A stretch of 64,000 nucleotides of DNA from Deltaproteobacteria bacterium. Lineage in GTDB: Bacteria; Myxococcota_A; Polyangia; Fen-1088. The stretch spans positions 128,001 to 192,000 of the forward strand of contig JANRKS010000002.1 in NCBI GenBank assembly GCA_033763315.1, written 5' to 3'. The notes below the pieces were generated by a model. The model was not told the origin of the DNA and searched no databases. It worked only from the letters and a program-made list of their open reading frames with translations. Both the position numbers and the translations under genes were made by a program. Numbering within the stretch: position 1 is the first letter of the stretch; the number at the start of each line of letters is the position of its first letter. Below are positions 1 to 9,400 of the stretch, piece after piece.

Positions 1-210
1 CCAGAGCTTGAGACCGCTTTGTTTTCAGATGGGGTCTCGACCCTCGACAGCGCCACGACTGTGTCGGGGCGTGGTGTGGGGATGGCAGCTGTACGCCAAG
101 AGGTACTGGACCGTGGCGGCAAGATCAGCATCCATTCAGAGCTTGGCCTCGGCACCACATTCGAGTTTTCTTTCCCCTATCCGTTGGCGAGCGCTGTGCG
201 TGCGGCCTAG
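1..210 (+). CDS. 3' end of CheA-like histidine kinase (HATPase C-terminus, no CheW domain follows); partial
   Basis: Frame open from base 1: LFSDGVST..ATTVSGRGVGMAAV..GGKISIHSELGLGTTF (F/G2 boxes), stop soon after. Confidence 0.85.
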   Translation, partial: PELETALFSDGVSTLDSATTVSGRGVGMAAVRQEVLDRGGKISIHSELGLGTTFEFSFPYPLASAVRAA

Positions 211-366
211 GTCGCTAACCGCGGGCCCACGCTCGTGATCGTTGTGCAAGCGAGGCCACCCCTCTTGATATTTTTCATTAAAGCGGCTGGCGCCTCCACC
301 CGATAGCCCTCGTGCATTCAAGCAAGTGCCGGGTCAAGTGAAAAGGCCGCCAGTGCCGGAGGTTTT

Positions 367-855
367 ATGAAAGCGAGAGATGTCATTTCCCGCAGGGCGT
401 TCGTCCGCGGCGCTTCTTTGGCCGCAGCGGCCGGTGGCTTAAGCTTGTTGCCGTGTCCCGCGCACGCACAAGCTGAACTGGTGGTGGTGGTGAACGCGCA
501 AGCGGACACGGGGCCGCTCAATGAAGCGCAGTTGGCTTCGATATTCACTGGCGGCGATAAGGCGTGGAAGAACGGTAAACCCATCAAGGTCTTCAACCTC
601 GCGGCGCAGACACCGGAACGAGCCCAGTTTGACAAGGTCGTTCTGAAAAAGACCCCCGAACAAGTGTCTCAGTACTGGGTCGATAAGTTGGTCCGTGGCG
701 AGGGACAGCCACCCACGCAGGTACCTCGCGTTGAACTTATGGCAAAGGTTGTGGCGTCGTTGCCGGGTGCCATTGGTTACGTCACGCCTGACAAGGTCGA
801 TGCAAAACTCATCGTGGTGGCCCGCATTCGCGGTGGAAAGGTGGTGGCGCCATGA
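367..855 (+). CDS. Small periplasmic PBP-like ('phosphate ABC transporter substrate-binding'-like) protein with Tat signal
   Basis: SRRAFV twin-arginine signal; VVVVN..IFTG..W.NG.PI..PGAIGYV pattern; paralog of 7688-8137. Confidence 0.75.
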   Translation: MKARDVISRRAFVRGASLAAAAGGLSLLPCPAHAQAELVVVVNAQADTGPLNEAQLASIFTGGDKAWKNGKPIKVFNLAAQTPERAQFDKVVLKKTPEQVSQYWVDKLVRGEGQPPTQVPRVELMAKVVASLPGAIGYVTPDKVDAKLIVVARIRGGKVVAP

Positions 856-887
856 ACTCCTACTTGCGAGCAAACGAGGTAAAGGGA

Positions 888-2402
888 ATGAGGCTTAGGT
901 TCTTTGCAAAAACGGCTCGCACCACAGCTTGTGCGCTTGCGTGCACAGCTCTGCTTGGGTCTTCGCTCGCCAGCGCGGCCCCCGCCCCGGCGAACGCCGA
1001 CATCGAGGCGCTCAAGAAGGAGCTTGCTGAGCTCAAAGCAGAGTTAGGCGCGCAGCGCGAGAAAGTTGATGCGGCTTCTGCCAAAGCCGTGGAGCGTGCG
1101 GTCGTCGAGGTTGTTGATCAAGCCACGCCCGCAAGCAACACGGAACTCGAAACTGTGAAGCAAGAGTTGGCCGCCATCAAGGCGGAAATGGCCTCGGCGG
1201 CTGAAGCCCAGCTTGCCAAAGAGATGGAAGAGCTGCAGGCGGCCGACGCCGAGCGCGAAAAGCCATCCCTCAAGATCTATGGCTTCCTGGACGCCGGTCT
1301 GTCGAAAGCGTGGTTGTCGAATCAGAATCCGTTCGGACCTGCCTATCCGTTCAAAAATGCGACGTTCGTGCCTGGCAATATGAATCTGTATTTCGACGGG
1401 CGGCCGTCGCCCTACTTCCGCGCTTTGCTAGAAACGCGTTACTCGTTCTATCCCCACGGTGATGTTCCAACCACCGGCACCGATGTCAAGCGCACCGATA
1501 CGCGCCTGCTCGATACCTTCAGCACCTCTGGATACAACAAGGTTGTTTGGGGCGGCACGATCATCGAACGCGCCCAGATGGACTGGCTGCCAAAGCAAGA
1601 ATTTAACCTGCGTATCGGATACTTTTTAACGCCCTACGGGATCTGGAACGTAGACCATGGCACGCCCACGCTCATCTCGATGCTGCTGCCGCAATTTCAG
1701 GTGGAAGAAGCGATCCCTCAACGCCAAACGGGTGTGCAGGCCTTTGGCTCTCACAGCGTCGCTCCGTTCGAGGTGGGTTACAACGCCTATATCAGCAACG
1801 GCCGCGCGCCTTTCATCATGCGGACGGCGCCTGGCTTCGGCTCGGGCGGCAGGCTTTACCTGCGGCACATGGGCACCGCCACCACCACGGTGGGCACAAG
1901 TTGGTACTACAGCACGTTCCAGCAAGACAAGCTTGGATTCAAGCTTTCGCCTGAGTTCTCGCTCACGTCGGCGGCCGTGTACAAAGGAACAGAGTGGGCG
2001 GTTGGCGCAGATCTTTCTGTCGACTACGGCCCCTTGCGCATCCGCAGCGAAGGCCTGATTCGCCATGTGAAATATGACGAAGGTTTCCACGAGCCCACAA
2101 GCGAATTTGGTACCAGCAATAAGCCGAACCGCTACGAGAACTATGGTTACGTGATCGCTGCCTACCGCATTGGCAAGTACTTCGAACCCTATTGGTATCA
2201 AGAAATTAAATGGGGGCGGCCCGCGTATACCTCTGCGGAGATCGCGAACGTGACCTCCGGCGGCCTGAACATCTACTTCACGGCCCAGACGATGTTGAAG
2301 CTCCAGTACGTCTACTTGAACTTTTACAATCGAAACGAGGCGCCCGATCCTGACAACCAGGATCTGAAATACTTCATCTCCCGCTTCATCACCGTGTTCT
2401 AG
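888..2402 (+). CDS. Outer-membrane beta-barrel (porin-like) with N-terminal coiled coil
   Basis: Signal peptide, helical coiled-coil segment, IERAQMDW..G.FLTPYG.WN motif, C-terminal Phe; ATG 888 chosen for RBS (ORF opens at 852). Confidence 0.75.
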   Translation: MRLRFFAKTARTTACALACTALLGSSLASAAPAPANADIEALKKELAELKAELGAQREKVDAASAKAVERAVVEVVDQATPASNTELETVKQELAAIKAEMASAAEAQLAKEMEELQAADAEREKPSLKIYGFLDAGLSKAWLSNQNPFGPAYPFKNATFVPGNMNLYFDGRPSPYFRALLETRYSFYPHGDVPTTGTDVKRTDTRLLDTFSTSGYNKVVWGGTIIERAQMDWLPKQEFNLRIGYFLTPYGIWNVDHGTPTLISMLLPQFQVEEAIPQRQTGVQAFGSHSVAPFEVGYNAYISNGRAPFIMRTAPGFGSGGRLYLRHMGTATTTVGTSWYYSTFQQDKLGFKLSPEFSLTSAAVYKGTEWAVGADLSVDYGPLRIRSEGLIRHVKYDEGFHEPTSEFGTSNKPNRYENYGYVIAAYRIGKYFEPYWYQEIKWGRPAYTSAEIANVTSGGLNIYFTAQTMLKLQYVYLNFYNRNEAPDPDNQDLKYFISRFITVF

Positions 2403-2411
2403 GACCCCCTC

Positions 2412-2813
2412 ATGCGAGCCATGCATCTCATCACCATGTTGTCGTTGATGTTGGGTTTCACCGCCATCGCCTGCACAGAAGACGATCCGTGTGACCCCGG
2501 CTTCATTCACGTCAAATCCGCGTGCGTGAAGCTGCCGCCAGCCCCCGTGGCACCCAACCTAGATGCGGCCGACGACGCCGCCAGCCCCGACGCCATGGCG
2601 GCCAAAACTTCAGAGTTGGGGGACCCATGCACAAGCAACGCCGATTGCGTGGGCGCTAACAACATATGCATCAACGACTTCTCCAACCCTATGTACTGCA
2701 CCAAGAGTTGCGTACAAGGCGACCCCTCCGCTTGTCCCGCCACATGGACGTGTTTCAATGCAGAGCCCTTTCTCCCCGGGACAGGGCAGATCTGCGCCAA
2801 ACCTCGAAAGTAG
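2412..2813 (+). CDS. Cys-rich lipoprotein
   Basis: Lipobox IAC, Asp/Ala linker, C-terminal multi-Cys domain. Confidence 0.7.
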   Translation: MRAMHLITMLSLMLGFTAIACTEDDPCDPGFIHVKSACVKLPPAPVAPNLDAADDAASPDAMAAKTSELGDPCTSNADCVGANNICINDFSNPMYCTKSCVQGDPSACPATWTCFNAEPFLPGTGQICAKPRK

Positions 2814-2816
2814 CTC

Positions 2817-3314
2817 ATGACCATGTTTAAGAACGCTCTGTTGACGATTGGCGTGGTTGCGCTTGCGATGTCTGCAGGCTGCGACAAGGATCCCGGATGT
2901 CCCGACAATGGGGTTTTCGGCAAGTACGGTTGCGAACCAGCCACCGACGCGGCGGCTGACGTGGCAATGAGCACGAACGGTTCAGACGTCAGACCTGCAA
3001 CTGACGGTTCAACGGTAGACGCCGCAACGGACGGCCCCGCAGCCATCCGCGACGCGGGCTCCGACGACGCCATGTCCGTTGCAGACACAGGCGCAGGCGA
3101 CGCAGCGCCTTCCTTTGGGTCGGCCTGTTCGTCGAACGCCCAGTGCACGGGTGCCGTTGACTATTGCAGCAAGCAGCCAGGTGCGCCCGTCGGCTATTGC
3201 ACGCACACGGGATGCAACACGATGCCTGCGATTTGTCCCGCGAATTGGTCTTGCCTTAACTTGGGCATGTTCGCGCCGAATCTGCCCCACGTGTGTGCCA
3301 AGCCAGCGACGTAG
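2817..3314 (+). CDS. Cys-rich lipoprotein (paralog of 2412 and 21571)
   Basis: Lipobox AGC; FGSAC..C.GA..YC..GYC..GC..CP domain. Confidence 0.7.
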   Translation: MTMFKNALLTIGVVALAMSAGCDKDPGCPDNGVFGKYGCEPATDAAADVAMSTNGSDVRPATDGSTVDAATDGPAAIRDAGSDDAMSVADTGAGDAAPSFGSACSSNAQCTGAVDYCSKQPGAPVGYCTHTGCNTMPAICPANWSCLNLGMFAPNLPHVCAKPAT

Positions 3315-3328
3315 GACTCAAAGTTAGC

Positions 3329-3353
3329 CGGCGCAAAGTATTGATTTGCGCCG
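3329..3353. terminator. Hairpin between convergent genes, probable terminator
   Basis: CGGCGCAAA-gtattga-TTTGCGCCG followed by pyrimidine-rich tract. Confidence 0.55.
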
Positions 3354-3422
3354 ACCTTCTTCTTCCGTGTACTCCGAAAACCTTCTGGGCGTGATCGATA
3401 AGATCTCGTCTCTACGTTCGCG

Positions 3423-3947
3423 CTAGAACATCAACGATTCACCTTCTTCTACGGCTGCCTGCGTCTCGTCACGTTCGAACGACATCTCAAAACCGTCCAA
3501 GAGTTCGATATCGATCCACACCGTGATAACGCCGCCGGGCGCATCGAACACCAAGGGGCGAAGGCAAGAGCTCGCCTCCATGAAGATGTGCTCACCACGC
3601 AAGACCACGGGGGTGCTGATCGAAATGTCCACCTTGTGGGGCAGCATGCGGTTCTTCACGCGTCCGGCCAGCTGGTTCGAAAGCTCTGCGGTCCAATCGC
3701 GCTGCGAACCAGCGCCTGTAACAGGGTTTGATCGCGCCAAGGGCTCTGCGGTGGCTGAAAGTACGAGGCTGCCGCGAAAGTTGTCAGCCGTGAATCCGAC
3801 GATGCCACAGTAAAGGATGCCGTCTGCCCCGCCCGCGGCCCCCGAGCCGTTTTCAGAGACATGAACGTTGTAGTCCTGAAACAGCTTGACGCAGCTCTCG
3901 GTGGTAAGCGTTTCCAAGAAACTTCTAACTTGCTTCTCATCGGTCAT
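3423..3947 (-). CDS. cheX: CheX-family chemotaxis phosphatase
   Basis: GIVGF..G..DWTAELSNQLAG (ExxN motif)..ISTPVV. Confidence 0.85.
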   Translation of the reverse strand: MTDEKQVRSFLETLTTESCVKLFQDYNVHVSENGSGAAGGADGILYCGIVGFTADNFRGSLVLSATAEPLARSNPVTGAGSQRDWTAELSNQLAGRVKNRMLPHKVDISISTPVVLRGEHIFMEASSCLRPLVFDAPGGVITVWIDIELLDGFEMSFERDETQAAVEEGESLMF

Positions 3948-4191
3948 CTCGTCATTCCTTTCCTCAGCCAACCAACGCAGAGGCCGCCGGCGGACGTCGT
4001 GGTGGTAACGCGCCCTCCACGTCGGTCCCTGCTTTCCCCGTGCTTCTCGTACTTTCCTGCCCGCTGAAATCGGAGGCCCAGCAACGGAACTTGAGCAGTG
4101 CGTTTCTCTGTTTCAGATTCAAGTTGGCCAGGCGCAGAACCGATACGAACATTGGGCTTTTCGTTCATTTTGCAAACAGGAAGGTAGAGGA

Positions 4192-4560
4192 ATGAAGCGC
4201 ATTTTGGTCGTAGACGATTCGCCGAGCGTCAGGCAGCAAGTGAGCATGTCGTTGACCCAGGCCGGTTATGATGTGGTGGAAGCAGGCGATGGCACCGAGG
4301 GCGTAAGTAAGATCGCAAGCGATCGCGCCATTGGCCTTGTTATCTGCGACGTCAACATGCCGCGCATGAACGGGCTCGAAATGATCGAGGTCGTGAAGAA
4401 GGAGCCCAGCAACGCGAGCCTGCCAATCATCGTGCTGACGAGCGAAGGACAACCCGCGCTGATAGAACGCGCGAAGAAGGCGGGTGCCAAGGGATGGATT
4501 GTAAAACCCTTCAAGGCCGACTTGCTTGTGGCCGCCGTGAAGAAGCTGCTCGCTGCCTGA
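4192..4560 (+). CDS. cheY: Single-domain response regulator (CheY-like)
   Basis: VVDDS, CDVNMP, LTSE, KPF receiver motifs. Confidence 0.9.
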   Translation: MKRILVVDDSPSVRQQVSMSLTQAGYDVVEAGDGTEGVSKIASDRAIGLVICDVNMPRMNGLEMIEVVKKEPSNASLPIIVLTSEGQPALIERAKKAGAKGWIVKPFKADLLVAAVKKLLAA

Positions 4561-4566
4561 GGTTCG

Positions 4567-5499
4567 ATGGACTCTGAAGACGCATCCACGCCTCCGATCG
4601 GCGATAAGGCGGTTGAGATCAGCATCACGCTGCGATCCACGCTGGCCCAGCGGATCAGCGAAGTCGTAGCCATGACTGAACGAGAGGTCATGGCCGCCGC
4701 TGAGAGTGTGCATAGCATCGTTGGGGTTGCGTCTGGCCAGGTCACCGCGCTTAAGGAAGTCATTCGGAATTCCACGGATGGAGCCGGTGAATCCTCAATG
4801 GGTCGTGCCATATCGTTGCAGCTAGGAAGCGCGACGAGTTTTGCCAAAGACCTGGCAATGCGTATCGAAGAGCAAAGGCAGATTGCGCGTGCGGCGGCAG
4901 ACAGCGCGGCCGGCATTTCAGAAGCGGCGTCGAGCGTGCAGGGGTTGACCCGACGAGCAAACATCCTGGCGCTCAATGCGCGGATTGAAGCCACTCGTCT
5001 TGCGGGCAACGCCCAGGGCTTCTCCGTCATTGCCACGGACATGAAGAACCTAAGCCAGGCCATCGCCGATTTGAACGGGACAATTTCGGGGCTCGCACGA
5101 ACCGTGCAGTCGTTGATTCCGAAGTTGGCGTCAGGCGTGGAAACGATGAGCCTGAAGTCGCACGACTTTTCCGAAACGTTGCGCGCGGGCATGTCGGAAA
5201 TTGAAGAGGTGTCGATTCGTCAACGCAATGAGGTCAACCAAGCGTTGGAGACGAGTGATCAAGCGATGAGCCGAATCATCCGCGCGTCGCACCAAGCCCT
5301 TTCCCACCTGCAGTTTCAAGACGCTGTGGCGCAGGGACTCATGCGCTTGGATAGCCGCGCAAGAGACGCTGTGGTGGAGCTCTGCAAGTTGAGCGGCCGG
5401 GAAGACCGGATCGCTGGTCTGGCGCCGGCGATGCACATTGAAATGGGTGGCGAGAAGCCTGTTGAGCAGACCAACGCCGGCGAAGTGACGTTGTTCTAA
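4567..5499 (+). CDS. Soluble MCP-signalling-domain protein
   Basis: NILALNARIEA..GFSVIA hairpin tip; no TM; LQFQD motif; ends GEVTLF. Confidence 0.8.
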   Translation: MDSEDASTPPIGDKAVEISITLRSTLAQRISEVVAMTEREVMAAAESVHSIVGVASGQVTALKEVIRNSTDGAGESSMGRAISLQLGSATSFAKDLAMRIEEQRQIARAAADSAAGISEAASSVQGLTRRANILALNARIEATRLAGNAQGFSVIATDMKNLSQAIADLNGTISGLARTVQSLIPKLASGVETMSLKSHDFSETLRAGMSEIEEVSIRQRNEVNQALETSDQAMSRIIRASHQALSHLQFQDAVAQGLMRLDSRARDAVVELCKLSGREDRIAGLAPAMHIEMGGEKPVEQTNAGEVTLF

Positions 5500-5558
5500 G
5501 CTCCTCTGGGCGACGAAGCGCTCGCCCGGGCATCACCGAGGGCCAACAAGCGGAGCCG

Positions 5559-7670
5559 CTATGCCGCGGACGCGGATTGCCACCATGTGGCGTTCGCCAA
5601 CGGCAGCTCTATATCGAACCGGGTGCCGCTCCCTGGCTTCGTTTCGACCCTCATCGCACCGCCTTGGACAAGCACAGCGTCTCGCAGCGCGCCCACGCCC
5701 ACGCCACGCCCAGAATTCTCTGTGACTTCACTTGCGGTGGAAGCCCCCCGCGCGCAAACCAGGTCTATCAGCGACCAAGACGCCGCAGCGGCGCCATGAA
5801 TCTGCGTCACCTTTTCACGCAGGCGTTCCACGTCGATGCCACGGCCGTCGTCCTCGATGCTCAACCTCAAAATGCCGTTTTCTGCGCGGCCACGCAGCAC
5901 CACTGTCCCCGTGCGGTCCTTGCCTCGATCGGCCCGTTCCTCCGGCGATTCAATTCCGTGATCCACTGCGTTGCGAATCGCATGAACCATCGACGCCCAT
6001 ACGCCGTCAAACTGCTTTCGATCCATGCGAATGTCGTGGCAATCAACCACCACGTCAACATCCTTGGCCATGCGCTCGCCGATGCGCTTGGCGTGCCCAC
6101 CCAACTGCTCCAGAATGCGTTCAGCCCGTGTGAGTCTCCACGATGAAACGCGGGCCGCGGTCGCGGGATCTCGATGCAATAACGTTTGGCGCAGCCACTC
6201 GAATTCGTCCGGCTGCACCTGCACCATATCCTGGCTCTGACCCGCCAGGGCTTCAACGCGCTTGCGGCTCTCGGCAAACATCTCCTCCAACTGTTCGAAG
6301 CGAGACGGGTCCAGGGCTTTCCCCGTTTCAGCGATCTCGTCTTCCAGTTTGTGGCACGCCTCAGCCATTCGGCCAAAGCCAATCATACCTGCATTTCCCT
6401 TGAGCGTATGCAGATCAGCCTGCTGCCGGATGATCCCACCTTGTTTCATCAAATCAAGACGCCGCAAGCTGTCCTCGACAAAGCCCGTATACAGTTCTGG
6501 ATCGCGAAAGCACAGGCCCACAACGCTGAAGACTTCTTTTGATTCGGCTTCTTGTGCCTCTGCCTCTCGTTGTGCGGTCACGTCTGAAATGACCACCAGG
6601 ACGCCGGCCAACTTCTCGACGCTGCCAACGGCGCGGTAGCTGAGGCCGTAGATCGTTTTGCCGATCTTCAAGTCCTTGGGCATCAGGTCGGCGGCACACT
6701 CGAACGGGAAGATCTCGGACGCCATTTGATCGAACGCCACACTGAATTTTTCAGCGAACCCTGGGCATTGGGCTCCTAGATGCTCCCAAACGGGCACACC
6801 TTCGGGAATCTCTCCAAACCAATCGTTCGTGCGTTTCGAGCACGCGCCAGCGAGCCGCCCATCCATCCCGATAGGTATCAAGGCATCGCCCGTGCTGTCC
6901 AACACCAGCCGCAGGCGCGCGGTTCGATCTGTGATCTGTTCGGCCATGTTGTTGAACGATCTGGCCAGTTCACCCAGTTCGTCTTTGGCATCCGTGTTCA
7001 CAAGCAGCCGTTCGCCTTGCGCCAACGCGCGCACGCCTGCCAGCAGTTTGTTGATGGGGGTTGTGATGCGCGTAAGCACGAAGGCCATGACCAGCAAGGC
7101 GACGAACAGACCCACCGCGGCCACGGTCCAGAACATCTTGACCGGTGCGCGGACGTCCTTTCGAACGCCCACAAGGCTGGCGTCAACACCCTTGCCGATG
7201 CTGATTTTGAGCTTTGCAAGTGTTCCAAGGGCATCTGTGATCGCCTCTTCCAATTGCAGCGCTTCAATTTCATCTAACGCCTTGCCTCTTGACGCTGTCG
7301 TCTTCTCCTGTGCGTCGGAAAAGGTCTTCGACGCTTCCAACAACGACTTCATCACGTCACCTTGCGGGCTGCGGGCAATGGCCCGCTGCAAGTGTTGTTG
7401 AGCGTCTGTCAGAGTCGCAAGGAACCTCACCTGCAAGCCGTCGTCGGGGGGATCGGCCCAGCCTCGGGAAAGCGTTTTGGTCAAGGAATCGCCGTTGTCC
7501 AAGGTGTTGGTCAGGCGAATCAACAGTTCTGATTCGCTCGATACGCGGTCAACAGTGCGCGCGATGCTCGCAAACTGAACCGTTCCCAAGATCGTTACAG
7601 AAAGAAGAAGAGCCGCCAGAAGGCCCGTCGTGGCCATCAAACGGAACCGGATGCTGCTGAGCCAATTCAT
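5559..7670 (-). CDS. Membrane-anchored CheA-like kinase (TM-TM-HAMP-PAS-like-Hpt-HATPase, no CheW domain)
   Basis: Two TM helices, DELGELARSFNNM HAMP, LHTLKGNA Hpt, HAIRNAVDHGIE, DDGRG, SGRGVG. Confidence 0.85.
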   Translation of the reverse strand: MNWLSSIRFRLMATTGLLAALLLSVTILGTVQFASIARTVDRVSSESELLIRLTNTLDNGDSLTKTLSRGWADPPDDGLQVRFLATLTDAQQHLQRAIARSPQGDVMKSLLEASKTFSDAQEKTTASRGKALDEIEALQLEEAITDALGTLAKLKISIGKGVDASLVGVRKDVRAPVKMFWTVAAVGLFVALLVMAFVLTRITTPINKLLAGVRALAQGERLLVNTDAKDELGELARSFNNMAEQITDRTARLRLVLDSTGDALIPIGMDGRLAGACSKRTNDWFGEIPEGVPVWEHLGAQCPGFAEKFSVAFDQMASEIFPFECAADLMPKDLKIGKTIYGLSYRAVGSVEKLAGVLVVISDVTAQREAEAQEAESKEVFSVVGLCFRDPELYTGFVEDSLRRLDLMKQGGIIRQQADLHTLKGNAGMIGFGRMAEACHKLEDEIAETGKALDPSRFEQLEEMFAESRKRVEALAGQSQDMVQVQPDEFEWLRQTLLHRDPATAARVSSWRLTRAERILEQLGGHAKRIGERMAKDVDVVVDCHDIRMDRKQFDGVWASMVHAIRNAVDHGIESPEERADRGKDRTGTVVLRGRAENGILRLSIEDDGRGIDVERLREKVTQIHGAAAASWSLIDLVCARGASTASEVTENSGRGVGVGALRDAVLVQGGAMRVETKPGSGTRFDIELPLANATWWQSASAA

Positions 7671-7687
7671 GGTGTCACCGCGCCCAA

Positions 7688-8137
7688 CTATCCCTTGATC
7701 CGAAATACGACTTTGATTGGTTTGTCGCTGGCTTTCTCCAGAGAGCTGGCAGCCACGAAGCCGATGGCGCCCTTAAACGCGCCGATGTATTTGATCACGC
7801 CCTCGTCGTCTGTCATCCGCTTGGGCGGGCTTTCCGCCGAACGGTATTTGATCTCAAGCCAGTGACGTTCCAAGTCGGTTGCGTTTGTTTTGAGAACCTT
7901 GGTGATGAAGACGGTTCGTGCCCCATCGTCCATCTCGCTTTCCACCGGGCGTATTTTTTCGCCATTAGGCCAGGCGCTTTTTTGTTTCATGAAGTGACTG
8001 CGGATGTCGTCCGCGGTCATCGTGGTGTTCGGATTCGAGGCGTGCACGATGACGGCAATCTCAACGGGTGTGGCTGAAACGGCTGGCTTGCCCAGAGCTG
8101 CCAATACGAGAATCAATGCGATTCGTAGAATTTTCAT
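7688..8137 (-). CDS. Small periplasmic PBP-like protein
   Basis: Signal peptide; IAVIVH..WPNG..GAIGFV; paralog of 367-855. Confidence 0.75.
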   Translation of the reverse strand: MKILRIALILVLAALGKPAVSATPVEIAVIVHASNPNTTMTADDIRSHFMKQKSAWPNGEKIRPVESEMDDGARTVFITKVLKTNATDLERHWLEIKYRSAESPPKRMTDDEGVIKYIGAFKGAIGFVAASSLEKASDKPIKVVFRIKG

Positions 8138-8147
8138 GGTGTGCCCC

Positions 8148-9368
8148 TTAGAAAGCAAAAGCGGTTTGAAGCATCAGTCCGTGTTTCGCGCGAGCTCCCG
8201 CAAGCGCTTCGGAGTACTCGACCTTCACGCGAACCCGGGGGGCGAAATCGTAGGAAAGGCCTCCCATCAACATCGCTGTTCTTGGCACGAAAACGCGCAC
8301 CACATCGTCGCCATCGCCTCGGAGGCCAAGGTAGGGGCCGCCGTTGGTTTGCGGAAGCTTCACGTAGTCAAAGCGCACGTAAGGCTTGAGCGCTCCGGTC
8401 GAAAGCAGATTGGCAGAAAGTTCGACGAATGCACCTTGGAGGGCGCCATTGCGCTCAGTGGCGGGCAGCACATTGTCGCGATCCCTATGCTGCTGATAAA
8501 GGTATTCGCCGATAAGGTTCACGTGGTTGGAGAAGATCGCGAGATGGGCGTCCACGCCAACTTCGGTGAGGCGAAGGCCCTGTGCTGCGGGATTCAGTGT
8601 TGAGTCGCCGCCACCCACCGTGGGAATGTAGAAGCTGGAAATACGGTCATACCAGCCTGAAACACCGAGTGTGGTTGAACGAAAGGCGGGAACCAACCAT
8701 TCGAGCATCGCAGTTGTGGTTCGCCAGCCGTCGTCGTCGCGCGCATATACCGCTTTGTCAGGCGAGGTGTTTCGCCCATTGCCCACCGAAACAGCGTATT
8801 TCAGCAGGTGAGACCGGCCCAGATCGAAGATGCCGTGCGCATGAACGCCCGTTGTGTGCGTGGGAACAAAGTTGTTCTCTTCCTCGAAAAGGTCGGGAAT
8901 TTGCGCCGAAATCATCATCCACGCCCGCGCGTAAAGGTTCCGGTTAAAATAGCCAATGGGTGTGAAGAACAACCCCGCTTGGATGTTCAACTGCGGCAAA
9001 ATGCGGTACTCAAGGAACATTCGTTCCACATCCAGTTCAATCTCGTCCTTGCGGCCACGGGCGGCTTGAAGGTTCACTTCCGCAAGATAGACGAAACGAT
9101 CGTCCAACTCCGTGGTGAGGACAAAGTCGGTTCCTACCAGCCCAAAGCCCTGATTGCTGTTCTTTACAAAAGCGTCTTCGCCACCCGCACCAAAGGCGGC
9201 ACCCTGGGTGGCCTGCGCGGGCTTGCCTCTCAGCACGCCGTACGTGATATCTGAAAACGCCGAAAGTGACGTTTCGAATTCACCCGCACGGCTGACGCCG
9301 GGCAGCGCGAAGAGCCCTACGCCTGCCATCACTGAAGCATACCGAAGCAACGTTGACTTTTGGAACAC
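8148..9368 (-). CDS. Outer-membrane beta-barrel (porin-like)
   Basis: Signal peptide, DVERMFLEY..GLFFTPIGYFN, C-terminal AFAF; GGAGG RBS. Confidence 0.75.
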   Translation of the reverse strand: MFQKSTLLRYASVMAGVGLFALPGVSRAGEFETSLSAFSDITYGVLRGKPAQATQGAAFGAGGEDAFVKNSNQGFGLVGTDFVLTTELDDRFVYLAEVNLQAARGRKDEIELDVERMFLEYRILPQLNIQAGLFFTPIGYFNRNLYARAWMMISAQIPDLFEEENNFVPTHTTGVHAHGIFDLGRSHLLKYAVSVGNGRNTSPDKAVYARDDDGWRTTTAMLEWLVPAFRSTTLGVSGWYDRISSFYIPTVGGGDSTLNPAAQGLRLTEVGVDAHLAIFSNHVNLIGEYLYQQHRDRDNVLPATERNGALQGAFVELSANLLSTGALKPYVRFDYVKLPQTNGGPYLGLRGDGDDVVRVFVPRTAMLMGGLSYDFAPRVRVKVEYSEALAGARAKHGLMLQTAFAF

Positions 9369-9400
9369 GAAGACCTCCCTACACGACTCTGATTTTTGGG

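Noticed and set aside
5507-5530. Terminator between 5499 and 5559
   Set aside because: Only a 6-bp stem with no U-tract; too weak to call.
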